A stretch of DNA of 61,610 bases, counting the filler, from Choristocarpus tenellus KU-1152 (lineage: Eukaryota > Protista > Phaeophyceae): the NCBI GenBank assembly GCA_964200185.2. It is 9 parts of 9 records of this genome, joined end to end, with 100 filler letters (N's around TTAATTAATTAA, not from the genome) between each part and the next. Parts side by side here need not be neighbours in the genome. Positions count along the whole stretch, not along the records: positions 35,523 to 41,908 come from CAXNAD020008245.1; positions 42,009 to 46,561 come from CAXNAD020014027.1; positions 46,662 to 51,159 come from CAXNAD020014277.1; positions 51,260 to 54,090 come from CAXNAD020024357.1; 5 more parts are not named here. One strand, given 5' to 3'. A program made the translations under genes and the position numbers. Every line of letters begins with the position of its first letter. Position 1 is the stretch's first letter. Below are positions 38,088 to 51,492 of the stretch, one piece after another. The notes under the pieces are model-generated. The model was not told the origin of the DNA. It was given only the letters and a program-made list of their open reading frames with translations, and made no database searches.

Positions 38088-38707
38088 TTATAGATTCGAA
38101 AAATTGAGATCAGAATATGATGGGGGATCACCACTACTAGGAGGGATATCAACATTATGCTGGTGATGTCGTGGTGTTGAGACCATCGCCATGTTACTTG
38201 AATGGGAAGTCACTGTTCCCTCTGAAGACTGTGAGGTTGCTTGTCCAGGATGCGAGTCAGAGGCAATGCTGGGTCTATAGTGAGGTGGCTGTGGTAGCTC
38301 CTCCTTGCTCTCGGAATACACACCCAGTCCTACACCTGAATGTTGCTGTGATGATACAACATCTCCAATCCACGAAGCAGAGCCCATGCTGGGACTATAT
38401 TGGGGTGGTGGTAACTCCCCTTTGCTCTTCTTCGTGGTATGTGCAACCAATGTTACTCCTGAAGGTTGTGATGATGTATGTCTAATCCGCGACGCAGAGG
38501 CCATGCTAGGACTATACTGGGGTGGTTGTGAAAGCTCCACCTTGTCCTGCCTGGAATGAGTAACCAATGACACCCCTGAACGCTTTGATGATACATCATC
38601 CCTAATCCGCGATGCAGAGCCCATGCTAGAGCTATTCTGGTATCCAGGCAGTCGTGGAATAACTGTCACTTCTCCAGCCTGTGAAGTCGTCGTTTCAGAG
38701 GGAGAAT
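38088..38707 (-). CDS. Probable terminal exon of an unidentified gene: Ser/Pro-rich tail with ~39-40-aa repeats and five PY motifs
   Basis: About 205 open codons across a 117-120-bp DNA repeat; CAG acceptor at 38710-38708; motifs LPGY, PPQY, PPQY, PPHY, PPSY. Confidence 0.7.
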
Positions 38708-39479
38708 CTGGACATTTGTGGGGGCAGGTGCATATAGGGTGGACAGATAGTATTGTTGGGTAAGTTATCGACACACAGATCCAGAGTACCACAGCACATG
38801 GAAACTTCAGATGTATTGGTGATGGAGGGATGCAACATGAATGCGATCTTGGGGGTTGGGGTTGCAAGCACCGGAAATCTGGAAGGTATGTCATTGCCAC
38901 ACCACGAAATGTATGATGGTGCATTTTTTTGCATTTGTTGCATTCTGTGTATCTGTTTTTTTGTCATGTAGAAATATATATATCATACTTTATTCTGCTC
39001 TCTTTTACGTTGCCTTTCTGACCACAAGTCCGAGGATATTGTATGCTTTTCTCCAAGACAAGACTCCTGCCAAAATGTCTGATGATCATTATTGCATCAT
39101 CCATTAAACAAAATGTCAAGATTTGTGGTTGGATACTTGTGCAATATTAGCCGCATATATATGGGTGTTGTACCTGGATTGTAATTGATGTGAGGCTCTG
39201 AGACAGGATATGAAGGATGGTAGGATGCGAGTCAAAAGTATATTGTTATTATGGGCAGGGTTGACTAAATTTATCTGATGTGGACGGAGAAGAAGAAACG
39301 TCTCAGTAGTCTATCATGCTAGAGCTATTACATATTACTCACTCTCTCCTTACAAATTTTCACCATTCAGAAGACGTTTTAAGTGAGTAAGCGTATCGAT
39401 CTGTCTCAGACGCGAGTTTCCTACATACTCTAAAACGCTCATCATTTTAGCGGTGTGGTATATTTCCCTAAAAAATATT

Positions 39480-40320
39480 GAAAATCATGACTGATTTTAG
39501 AACCGCCGTGACGATGTGTACAGTTGCTAAAAAAGTTACAAAAATTGCAGAGAGATGAAATCGTATCTTAGACATAAGTGTCAACACGTCATAGCAAGTC
39601 GTGTTCGACTGACTGATGGTACAACTATCGAATAGAGCACCTCTCCGTTTTTTCCACCCTAGAGTTGTGCTTGACAGATTGCTGGCATTGACATCTCCAA
39701 CAACACACACGAGGAACATGTTGTTGATGACCACGCCCCACTCTGATTCGATCTGTGCGAATTTATAATTTTATCCACTATGTACATTATGACTGTGTAT
39801 TTTTAGCAAATATACACATCGTTACTACTGTTCTGGAAACAATTCACAACTCAAGATTAATGGGTATGTGTAACCGTCTCTGAACTATATTTCCTACATG
39901 CTCTATTACAATAATCTTAAACGAGTAATAAAGACACAAAATAATCTTGAGAAAGTCATGATTTTGGAACAGTTGTGACGATGTCCACACTCACCCCCCC
40001 AAAACTTGAAAAGTCATGATTCTAGAACAGCCGTGTGAAAATGTCCACATTCACAAAAAAAAGTTACCTAAATTGCCGAGAGATGGAATCATATTGTAGA
40101 CATAGGTGTCAACAAGACTTAGCAAGTGGTGGTCGCCTACCAGATTGTATCAACTACCATATGGGAGGCCCCTTCGTTTGGACCTGCATTAGGGTTGTGG
40201 TTGACGGATTGCTAGGCATTGACATGTCCAACAGGGTCTACTCTTCATGAGGAACCCGTTGGTGACCACCCCCTATCTGATCTGTCCTTTGCGAGGATAT
40301 CATTCTAGCCAGGATACACA
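39480..40320 (+). repeat. Two diverged direct copies (39480-39790, 39950-40320) of a dispersed repeat
   Basis: Shared AAGTCATGATTYTRGAAC...GTG and GAGATGRAATC...AGACATARGTGTCAACA blocks; third, inverted copy at 21170-21385. Confidence 0.75.
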
Positions 40321-41846
40321 CCTCTATCATTGTTCTGATGTTTTTAGGATTCTTCGCTGGGCTATAAACACAACTCCTGTACTGCTTTAATTAGTTTATC
40401 AAGGGCACATCAGTTCAATCCGACATTTTACCTAGCACCCTTCAAATGTGCTGAAGCTAGTGGCATTATTGTCAAGTTTGGGGGGGTTGTCAAATATGCA
40501 CGAAGGCCCAGCCCCTCCTGCTGTGATACCGACGTTTGCGGGGTCGGATACCTACTCCTAGCAGGAGAAAAAGGTGGAGAAGGTAAGGTATACCTCAAAG
40601 AGGGATAGAGGACACCTTCGAAGATTTATCAGGTTATGATTAAGAGGTTCTGTCATTTTGCATCTTCTGCAGTGGAGGATGAAGGTTGCTGCGGCAAACA
40701 GGGAGTGATTGGAGGGTCTCATGTAGAAGCATAAATAAAAGCTCAGAATAGGATTCCTATAATTGGAACAACTCTCACCTGCAGATCCGACAGGTGTGCA
40801 TGGCCGTGTGTGCTTCGCAGCTGAAGATGCGGGGGACTGCGCAACTGTATTTGGAGAACCACACCTCTACAAGCAAGGTGTGGGAGCCAACTAACACTCG
40901 TTTCCCCCCAACAGGATAAGATGAAAGACTGAATTGAGGTCTAGGCTTCGTGGTTAGTCGATGGGGCCTGGGTGAGGCCCAGCGTTGGCGATCCATTGCA
41001 TCAATAGGTTGATGCTGGAGCTGGGGAGCATTGATGGGAGTTTGCTAGAGGAGAGGCGATTGATTGGCCATATGGGGACAGGTGGTTGGGGATTAGTATG
41101 CGGCAACTGATTTGGATAATTAGATGCAGACTATGATATCTGTGTGTGACAATCTGGCTTTCTGTGTCTGTGAGTGTGGTGTTGCTTGGGAGCGCATGTG
41201 TTAGTTGGTGGTTTGGGATGCAGTGGACAGTTAACCTCTGCGGCACAGGGGTTGAGCGTGTTCCCCCCTGTGATTTTGCCCTAAGAACTCAATTTGGTCG
41301 GCAGGACAGTATGACGGTCTATTAAGGCTAATCGATGTCCGAAAAAATAAATACGTACTGGTGCTGCTAGTCAGCAATTCCCGTTTTATTGGTATTATCT
41401 TAACACTTAGGTCCGGGGAACATCGCAACCCATGGTCCGAGACACCCCACACAGCAACACTACTTTTCATTTGGACAAATGGTGTTGCCTCTATTCATGC
41501 CTTGCTTTTTGTGAGTTGAGATCTGCCATCTCGCTGCTCATTGCATCGCTCAGCAATGAGGTCTTGTTATCTCGTTCTTGGTTTGACGATTTTGTGGCAC
41601 AACGACAGGTGTACAACCCGAAGTGCTTGGCATGTGGTCTTTAAATAATCGAACCAGATTTCCATCAAACAAAATCTCCTGTCGATGAGGTTCCAACACG
41701 CAGAAATCTCACGCAAGATTGCACATATGCGCAATGATGGAGTGTAGTGCCTCTGATCATGGGTCAGGATAGTACCAGACTAATAGTGAGTACAAATAAG
41801 TACCAAGCTCTTTCACAAAGAGGAGGAACAATCCAGCTCAAAAAAT

Positions 41847-41908
41847 GACCCAAAGTATCTGAGAGGGGGGGGGGTCTACACCAGGGTGTCCATTTGGACC
41901 AAAATATG
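41847..41908. mobile_element. MITE family C end at contig break
   Basis: GACCCAAAGTATCTGAGAGGG...GTCTACACCAGGGTGTCCATTTGG. Confidence 0.8.
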
Positions 41909-42483
41909 NNNNNNNNNNNNNNNNNNNNNNNNNNNNNNNNNNNNNNNNNNNNTTAATTAATTAANNNNNNNNNNNNNNNNNNNNNNNNNNNNNNNNNNNN
42001 NNNNNNNNCCCATAGCATCGTTTTAAGGTCGTTGGATTTCAGTTGTACATCCTGGAAGGTGAGCATTGAGGGGCGCCTGTAACACTACCTGTACGTAAGA
42101 AGCAGCATGCTTTGTAGTACATGGTAGATGCTTGGCTGTACCTGTAGTAGAGCACGTGACAACACTGATATGAGGGTGGTGGGGATTCCAACTCGAGTAT
42201 AAAATTCTACATTCTAGTAGTATGTTGTTATTGAGCAGTTTCGAGGTAAGAAATATGTATCGCATGGACAAAACAAATCAACCACGAATCCCTGATGTAG
42301 TTGGTAGTGGTGGCGACAAGGATCGATGAAATCTGAAGAGATACGTATACATAGAGAGATGTTTGATTGGCTGTTACAATCACATCAAGAATCAAATTGA
42401 CCGAGAATCCTTGAGTTGGTGTGCTGGTGGGGATGTTGACATCTCGTGAAATTTATTAAAATGTGTGAATTCAATGGGATAGT

Positions 42484-42557
42484 GCTCTGGTGGTTTAGCT
42501 GGCTATAACGTGTGCCTCACACGCACAAGGTCCCGGGTTCGAGCCCCGGCTGGAGTA
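42484..42557 (+). tRNA. tRNA-Val (anticodon CAC)
   Basis: Cloverleaf with acceptor GCTCTGG/CTGGAGT, anticodon arm TGTGC-CTCACAC-GCACA and T arm CCGGG-TTCGAGC-CCCGG; A and B boxes; downstream TTTTT Pol III terminator. Confidence 0.92.
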
Positions 42558-43042
42558 TGATCTTTTTGCGAGACGACGATGACATCAATAAATAGCCTCA
42601 AGTAACGATAAAATTGGTGAGAAATAGGAACCTCTCGGCAGTGGAATGACTACTGGAATGTACGTCTACAATATGCATGTCGATCACTCAAAAGAATGGC
42701 AACGGGACGTGTACACACACACACACACACACACAAAGAGCCAAGGAAATAAATAGCTGTCGGGCGCAACAAAAAATGCAACAATGGCTGCTAGTATTCA
42801 CTCACCTGAGAAGTAAGTGCCCGCCTCAAAACACACACTCTGTTGGCGGGAGGGAGAAGCTGGGCCACCTTTCCCCGTTTGTGGAGTTCCTCGAAGAGGC
42901 CTATGGGGAATATCTTTAGGCGCTCAACAGTTTCTGGCAAGCGACTTGTGGGCCCCGACAAGACCATGAGAATGAGCTTGGGTGAATGAGCAACTTTCAG
43001 GGTCCCCAAGTGGACATCTGGAGAGTTGAAACTTGCAGGAAA

Positions 43043-43304
43043 GAGTAAAAGCATCTTAGAGGGTAGAGCCGCGTCCATTTGGGGGCCAAAATCCAATGTT
43101 GCGATTTCGATGTAATTTTAACAATAGTATTTGTTAGGAAGTGTCAATATCCTTGTTCTGGAAACGCCTTTTCATAATGTATACACTTTACCGACTCCGA
43201 AATCTTTTGGAGAAGAAGGTAAAATATCATAAACACCTCGAGGGAAGCCAAGCCCCAAGTGGACAAGCAGGGCAAAACTCGTATCCTCTGAGATACCTTC
43301 ACTC
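43043..43304 (+). mobile_element. MITE family B
   Basis: GAGTAAAAGCATCTTAGAGGGTAG ... GAGATACCTTCACTC; 4-bp TSD not matched. Confidence 0.85.
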
Positions 43305-44539
43305 AAACACGCCTGTATGGAAGACACAGTTCTCCTCCCTGTGTTACATGTTGGGCGTGGAGACAGAGGGGAGAGAATAGGTGGCGAGCGTTCATGGTGT
43401 GCAAATGCCATTTAAGGGGATGTTGGAAACACACAATAGAAATCACATTATTGGAGTGTTGATGCTGGTGAATTTTTTCCACAACTGGAAACATATGATA
43501 GAAATCACGTTATCGGAGTGTTGACGAAACATTTCTACTACTGTGTGACACCCTGCACTTTTTTCCTTGCAGCCACAATCAGATTTGGGACTCCTGGAAC
43601 CATTCCATTAGAAGGACTAGTCTTATTTTGGTATCACCACCGTCACGATCCATCCTCCTTCTCTCCTCCCTTGCTCGAAGGAGATCTCTTGCGCTCTCCC
43701 TTACATGCAGAGGGTTTCACATTCTCCTTTCTCTTGCCCTTGAGCTTAGGTGCGGGACCCCTGACTGCGTCTGTGGCAGCGCCTGGTGAAATCTTCTCAA
43801 TCTCACACGTACTGCACCATCTGTCTAGTTCCATCTCTTTTCCCTCCTCTGCCTGGGTGACAGCGCATGCTGGGGCTTGTTTCGTGGCAATGAGGGCACT
43901 TACACCCGACAGAGGGATGCGCATTGCAAGTGAGCGCACATCTTTCACTGTACAGATGATGAGATACATCTACATTGTGTGGAACGATTTGCACAAGAGG
44001 CCTACAGAGTGCCTGTTCCTGACATAAATCAGCACTTCTTAGAGAACAAAGATCTCCACAAACTCTTTTGAAACCAAACAATTTCCTCTTTCACGTCACG
44101 TGTGCCTCGAACAGGAAACAGGGCACCCATTGCTTCCAGAAAGGACTTCGACAACCTTCGTTTCCTGAAAGATAAGTCTTGATCGGTGTGCACACAAAAA
44201 GTAACAAGATCCACAGGTCCTGTTAAACGAAAGGTGTCCTGTTTCATATCAGGCATCTACCCCTCACAAGGAACAGTACATTGTTTGTTACAACGGACTG
44301 ATGGATATGCCCTTCCATGTGTGGACGATAACGGCAAGGAAGGTGAAGGATTAGATGACGCAGGACCTACCTTGAATATGGTTGAGCTGGCGGCCGACCG
44401 ATAGAAGAGGAGTGTGTGTAGGAACGGCAAACAATGACGCCCCATGGATGGGTCCAGGGCAGATATCTGGCGCATCTTGAGTGTGCACACGAGCGGGAGA
44501 AAACCCGATGTAGCTGTATGCTCTCCATCTGTGTGAAGG

Positions 44540-46561
44540 ATAACAACTTCTTCAAATGCCGAGATGAAGTTTGGAGTTTTATATCGACCGGCAAAGCTAG
44601 AATCATATGCAGAACTCCAAGCCTGGGCACAGGGAAGCCTTTCGTGAGTTCGAAGGGATCGGGAACGAGATCGAAAGTCCACGTCAGGTGGTCAGCCGCG
44701 GGTGTACTCACATCATTTGGTCAAGGGGCCAGAGTGTGTCACTGTCCCTTACCGCTTAATCATCATGGATTATCACTCACTTTTGGTGAGACGGTCTTAC
44801 ATCCCAGCGTTTCCCATCTTGCCCTACCTACCTTCGCATGGGTATCAATTGCCATTCTTGTTTTTCAAACTTTAAACATGTTGTAATCGATAGGGGTCAG
44901 TTTTCCACGTCCTCTTTGACATACATCAAAATGGACTAATGCCTCGTTAACCATTCCTCAACCTTTGCCTTCCGGCAGCAGGTCATGGAAAGGGTACACG
45001 TCAAGGAAATGATACATGCCTTGAATAGCAGGGTAACCATACCCGGTCCTTGTAGGCTCCTTGATACTACTCTGAGGAAGGTCAGGAAGATCTGCAGATC
45101 AAGGTTGCCGAGGTGCTTTCCTGTTCGGGATGTGTCCATCACGACGGGTGGTTGGATAGGCCCCTACAGTCACACCTTTCACTCTCTCACCGTGTCCTGC
45201 AATGATCATACGTTCGAGGTAATCTCTCTCTCTATATATATATACATGTATATAATGTATATGTATACATGTATATATATGGACTGCGTTGAGCACTCAG
45301 CACGCAGAACGACAGAATAAGACCTTTTGCGGAAAACCTTGTAGAAATGGTAAGAATCAAGGGCTCGCTGCAAGGGTGGAAGCATGTGTGGCAGTCTGTT
45401 AACCATCAATAATGAAGATGGGTCGCTTTCTGGAGAAGGGTTTCATCACATCGTCAACCATCATTGCGCAGATGGCGGCTTGGAGTGCGAGGCGGGTATA
45501 GCCTTCAAAAGCGACAGGATAGAAGACACCATGAGATCAGCCCCTGGACAGCTATTGGCGCCTACTCCAGGTTCAGTCAGCACGAGGAGCGCATAGAGGA
45601 GATGCGGAGAATGTGGAGAATCGAGCCCAAGAGAGTGATACAGGATGTACCGATACATTGGTTGTTCACATCATTCGATGGCGGGGTGCTTCTGTACCTC
45701 GAACTTGCGCCTCTCTTCGAGAGAACATTGGTGATCTCCCCCAAAGCACATCGATATTCAAGGGGGAGGTAAGCGCTTGGTATAGAAATGTGAAACAGAA
45801 ATTGAAAGTTCTTATAGGAGGGCTGAAGTGTAGAAGCCACCTCTCAAATGCCAAGCCTTTCACAATAGTGAAACAACTAACAACTAATGATGCCTTCCAC
45901 ATTTTCCTCTTGCATCTATCACGAACATGTTCCTTCTTTCAGTTTTTGTAGTTGTGTCAAGGTCACCAACTATCAACTATATTATGCTCGAGTAATTTTC
46001 CTTGGGAGGTAATGCTATTTATCAGTAGCGAAGACAAGAAGGTGTGAAGCCTCACACGGTTCCCCATTGCTGAACGTGATTACATGGTTGAAATTAGAAC
46101 AGTGACCTTTGTGGGGTATCTTCTTATTGCTTGTATTATTATTATTTTGTGCTTCCTACATAGGTCAACGGTTATGTCAAAGTAGTTGAATGCAGATAAA
46201 AACCTATACGTAATCCCATTCATAATCCGGATGTACTATCTCATTAGTTACATCTCTCAAACACAAAATAAGGTACACCTCGCTATTGTCCTATTTTCCA
46301 CGATGCTAGTAGACCTTTTTTATTGCTCCTCTGTGTACACCTCGCCGATCTCCTCATCTTTAACCTTTCTTCAACATCTCCCGTCTCGCCTCGTTTTTAC
46401 TCTTTCTTTCAATGTAGTGAGGTGGTGAGTCTGGTAAGAAAGTTGCTGGAGCCCATAATGGAAGCGCGGGCGAGTCTTGAGGGTGACACGCATGTAACGG
46501 TGACCCTGGTCATCCCCATTGTCTATGGTGTACGAGTGGAGTTGGAGAAAGCAGTGCAAGC
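44540..46561 (+). mobile_element. Decayed hAT-superfamily transposase, truncated by the contig end
   Basis: BED-like VWSF...C; VSITTGGW...FHSLTVS (TTDxW); KRVIQDVPIHW (DVxTRW); LLEPIMEARASLEGDTHVTVTLVIP. Frameshifted, with a TA-rich microsatellite at about 45222-45280. Confidence 0.8.
45992..46300 (+). repeat. Dispersed ~310-bp repeat, homolog of 452-781
   Basis: Reverse-complement similarity along its whole length. Confidence 0.85.
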
Positions 46562-49500
46562 NNNNNNNNNNNNNNNNNNNNNNNNNNNNNNNNNNNNNNN
46601 NNNNNTTAATTAATTAANNNNNNNNNNNNNNNNNNNNNNNNNNNNNNNNNNNNNNNNNNNNGGAGGGGCTCGCTTTAGGCCTGGTGGCAGGCCATCAGCC
46701 CCGCCTACCACGAAGGTTAGCCTCGATCCCCCCTCCTCTAGCTTCGAGAAAAGAAAGCTCGAGAATGTCTGGGAGTTCATTTGACTTCCTCCTTCGTCTA
46801 GACAAACCTGGAAAAGTCATAGAATACAAAATAGTAGAAGGTGCGCTGTCTCAGCTTAACGTTTTGATCCATGTCTATTCTCTCGCACAAAGAGTTACAA
46901 ACGTCCCAAAGGCTGGACGCAACATCCAGCGAGGGAAGCAGATAGTGTGCCGCCTGATCAGCTTCAGTTCAACAGTAGCATTCTTTTTTTTTATAAAATA
47001 GGGCGATATGGTGATTTCGGCAATGGGGAGACGGCTCACCACCACTCCAGCGTCTGAGCGAACAGCCGCCTCCATGTCGTCGTCTGTCTTGTGCCATATT
47101 GTTTCCAAGGAAAGAACAGGGCGGAGTCGCTTCGCGTATTCGTTATAGGCCTGTGTACCACGTTGTTCACATTCAACATGAAGCGTCTCTTCAAAGACGC
47201 TGCAGCAGAGATGCCTAACGAAGAATGTTACATACAGGGGTTGTCCGTATCAAGATCGTCATACACTCACTTGTAAAAGGAGATAAATCCTACCTGACTT
47301 GTATAATCCTCCTCTCGGCTTCGTTTGCCTTTGATTCGAACTAGAACCTTCAAACCGCTCGTTATTGTCACACGAGACTTTTGACGACGTTGGGGATGCT
47401 CCTTGTTCAAGGACGGTTGGCGAGACAGGAATGGGGGAGCTACGAAACTATATACTGCTCCATTGCCTACGACAAAAAAAAATGTAAGTGACAGATACAA
47501 GGCATAATAGGAGCAACGACAACTCCATGATTGCGACCGTCTTCTTTCGGGACGCATTTTCACGCAATTACTTGTCTCCCTTCCAACACATGAAGAAAGA
47601 TTGGAGGCTAGTGGTGGTAGGTCAAGTTGTTGCTTACCCACACCCTCCAACGCTCTTTTTCAACCAATAGGATGGACTGGAAGTTACTAAAAAGACATTA
47701 ACTACATGTACACAATAAATAACAAACTGGAACACCAAAAATATCTTACTCCCACACACCATCATCCCCTGGCCCCCACACACAAGAGTTTCCAGCCCAC
47801 AACATGTCTGCTTCTTTTCGAGACAGGAAACTACTGGCGTCTTGGGTGTTAGGCCTCGGCTTTCTCTGCGGCATGTTGCAGGACGTGGAATCCTCCGGGA
47901 ACATCCCAAGCCTCGCAGTGCGTTCGTCTGCTTGTTTCATGTGTGCGTGTTCCCTTGGAAGCGTGTTCCTCAACCTTGACCAACACGGGTCGAAATCCTT
48001 TTCAAACCGAAGAGATTGTGAGATCCTTGCGTATGCACTCTGCAAAAGGATAAGGTATCCTTGCTTCCTCAGAGAATTACTGACGCCAATTTGAATGCGT
48101 AGGGTTCATCGACTCTCCTGATCTGACCCGTACCCTGCTTGTCTTTGATCCACTGCCGAGTTCAGAGCCGATCACCGGGTAATCACGGGGATGGTGGGGG
48201 CGACCCGAGTCTCTTCAAGTGCGAGCTGGATCCCAAACTGACTGAAGAGGATCTTCCATTTTTTGTCAAAGATATAGAACGAGTTTGGGGCTCGGCATGC
48301 GGGCGCAACAGGGGTGTCTTTGTTCTTGACCCTCCTGATGGCCACACCTACGGTAAGGCGGACGATGGTGGTAGAGGTTAATGCATTCTGCAAGTAAATT
48401 CCTGCTTATTTATTTTTGCTTGTGCCACATATGAGGAGTGTGTGTATCGAGGGGGTAATTACTGACGTCGAGGTTTATCATGTTGAAGTTGCAGTACTGA
48501 GGTTTGGGATGATTTCTGGTTTATGATTGACAATTGCAGCAATCCCCACATCATTATCGAATTTACATCAGACGTATTATCAGGCAACGGGCCGTACTGA
48601 TCTTGCCACTCCAAATCCCCCAGTACAAGTTTTTCTTTTTTTGCATTGGGTGTAAGGATTCATATCTAGCGTGTCACATTGTTCAGTTTTGTGGCAAAGA
48701 AGAATTGAAGCGTGAGCCACTCTTTGTGCACCACTTTGAAAACATAGATGGAACGGATCTTTACCAAATTAGAGTAGAGCATGTCGTGGTCGATACAATC
48801 CACTCCACTTTGATATGTGCTGTCGTGCGATGCACTCACTCTCGCTTGCCGTATAGAGGTCAACGTTACACCATGCACCCCTACCCTTCGTTTGCAACTG
48901 GATCCTAAATCCCCCCTGAGACAAGGCCACCTTACTCAGACCCACCATTACGTTGGTCAATTTATGTATCTCACCCTCAACCCATTCCTTCCCCTATTGA
49001 AACCTTCTCTCCTACACCCAACCATTTTAAAAAAGGGTGTGGAAACCTACCCAAGGAATGGGGAGTTGAGCAAGTTGGGGACATCACTGACCTTACCAAG
49101 ACCGGTGCGGATGTGGCCCTCTCAGCCTACGGCAAGCTTATCGACAAGATATACAAGACCACAATTGGGTGTGTCTATGAACTGCATCCCCTTGTACTTG
49201 TGAAGTGTTGGAAAGCAGGCTAGGTGACTTGTTGAATATTTTATGTGAATGAATCAGTTGTGGTTAAGTGCATATCCAGTGCATGATTTGGTCTGATAGA
49301 CATGCGTAAGGACATCAATAGCTACTGCTAGGAGCAAGGTGGTGGGTGTCTTTATCCAATGTCATACTGCTCTTTATCCAATGTCATACTGCCCCCATTC
49401 TCTTCGTCCTGTCGGCATTGCCGTATTGCCCTCATACTTGAAGAGGCCAAGAAGAAAAAACAAGATTATATTTTTTATTTTACAAAAATTATCCCGGTCT

Positions 49501-51259
49501 GAGGATTTGAGAGATCATGCAGCTTGCCACCGTGTGATTTAGAGTGTAATGACGACCCTACCCAGTCAGATGACAGGCAGATGACAGGCAGCCATAGCTA
49601 TGTTGTTTTTGGGGTCCCTATATTATAGATCTAGAAAATGCACACAAATAAAATAATTATGGTAGTAGTGAAAATGACGCTCCATCTCACTCTAAATAAG
49701 AGGTCCTTGTTCAATTTGAAAAACTGTTTCACTCTTTGCATTCTTGCCATTTGACATCGTGCCCAGCATGAGTGAATTCTACCAGTCCAATACAACCCCA
49801 AACCACAGTGAAAGTAATTTACTATGTACCCATCAGTATGTGGGTAGAGGTGTCCATGTGGGTTGTTGGTGGGATATTGTACGATTCTTGGTTCATTGTT
49901 GGGGATTTCACACAACAGATGGCTTCATTCAGGAAAGGTCATGCACATACCATTGTCGCCAACATGATAGTGATGACGAGGTTCGTGCTGGGGGATAGAG
50001 AGTCAAAAGTAATGGAGAGGAGGATGCAATTAAGCCGATTGGAGATTCGACAACGGGCTTTTCGACTTCATTTGGAAGGAAGATGAAGACATTTTTAAGA
50101 ATGGTAGTGCCAATAAGTGAAACTTTCCTGCAAACTGAACGTTTGTGTTCTCAAATCCGTCGAGATGTGCTCCAAAGGGATGACTGTGTACTCCAAAATG
50201 CATGTGTTGCCAGAAAGTATGAGGATCCCTTAGAACTCGGTTGCACCCACAACGCCTCTCAGTTACATTGGCTTGTTTGCTAGATCTCTACTCTACACAC
50301 ATCCAGTTACAGTTACATGAATAGACCTACCGGTAGGCAATGAATGGCTAAACAATTGCCCTATATCATCGACCAGTTTTGCCATACTCTAGAACCTGTA
50401 CCCTTTTCTGTCTCTGACTGATACAGTGCTGCTGTACCTATACTGACGTACATTCATGAGGGCTACCTATGTTTCCAATGAAATAATGCGGCCCACCATC
50501 TGCACATGATGTTGCCTTGCTGCTACCCCATCCTCACCTCCCCACCCCGGTCCACTAAACACACACACCACACACCCCTTTGTCTCCCCAGTAAGACGGC
50601 AGCTGCCTGTGACTTCGATGCCTTGACCATTCTCACCTGTGGTCGTGAGGAGCCTTGGTGAGAGTTTGTAAAATGAAGATTCAAGGGAGGGGAGGGGAGT
50701 GAACATTCGCTTGGTAACTATTAGTTTTCCAGACTTCAGTCTTCTTTTGTGGTAGACAAAGGACATGTTCTTGCTATTTAGATTGCTCGTGGTAAGTACG
50801 CTGTGTGGGATGAGGGGGATTGAGTATTTGGGGGTGATCTCTGATTGGCCAGTTGCTGAGTTGCTGCCACAGTTGTGACAGGTAATGCTTCCTTGCATTG
50901 TATATGATGGTGGTGAAGTTGGAGTGAAATGCTGTGTCTGTATCAACCTTATCTTAGGAAGCACATTGCTCAAGGACCATGCAACCCTGCCAACTCCCCA
51001 CTGAACTATGTATGATGGAAATCAATTCTATTGTACTAAACTATAATATAGTTAGTGTGTAACATATTCTTGACAGTAGTGAGCACCATGTGTTTAAGTG
51101 TATGCACACATACATCCCCCCGCCTCCCCCCCCCCGCGCCCCCCCCCCCTCCCCTCCGCNNNNNNNNNNNNNNNNNNNNNNNNNNNNNNNNNNNNNNNNN
51201 NNNTTAATTAATTAANNNNNNNNNNNNNNNNNNNNNNNNNNNNNNNNNNNNNNNNNNNN

Positions 51260-51283
51260 CCCCCCTCCCGGATACTTTGGGTC
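51260..51283. mobile_element. MITE family C terminus at contig start
   Basis: CCCTCCCGGATACTTTGGGTC. Confidence 0.7.
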
Positions 51284-51396
51284 AATACATTATTCACACT
51301 TACCACAGGCGATAATCATGGATCAGGACAATAAATATCAACGATTACCGTAGATTGTGCTGCAGCAGCATGTATAATTGCCATTTGGTAACATAG

Positions 51397-51492
51397 GAAC
51401 TCCAGTTCCGAATCTGGCAGTTGTTTCCGACATATAGGGACTTCAGTTCCGAATTTGGCAGTTGTTTTCTACAAAGGGACTCCAGCTCCGAG
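51397..51492. repeat. About 40-bp tandem repeat, about 2.4 copies
   Basis: GGRACTYCAGTTCCGAATYTGGCAGTTGTTT unit. Confidence 0.75.

Noticed and set aside
4273-43380. Recurring short ORFs such as GPKSNVAILM and MDAALPS
   Set aside because: Chance translations of non-coding MITE copies; frames are not conserved between copies.
43640-44400. Possible retrotransposon gag remnant on the minus strand
   Set aside because: No intact zinc knuckle or protease motif; too decayed to call.
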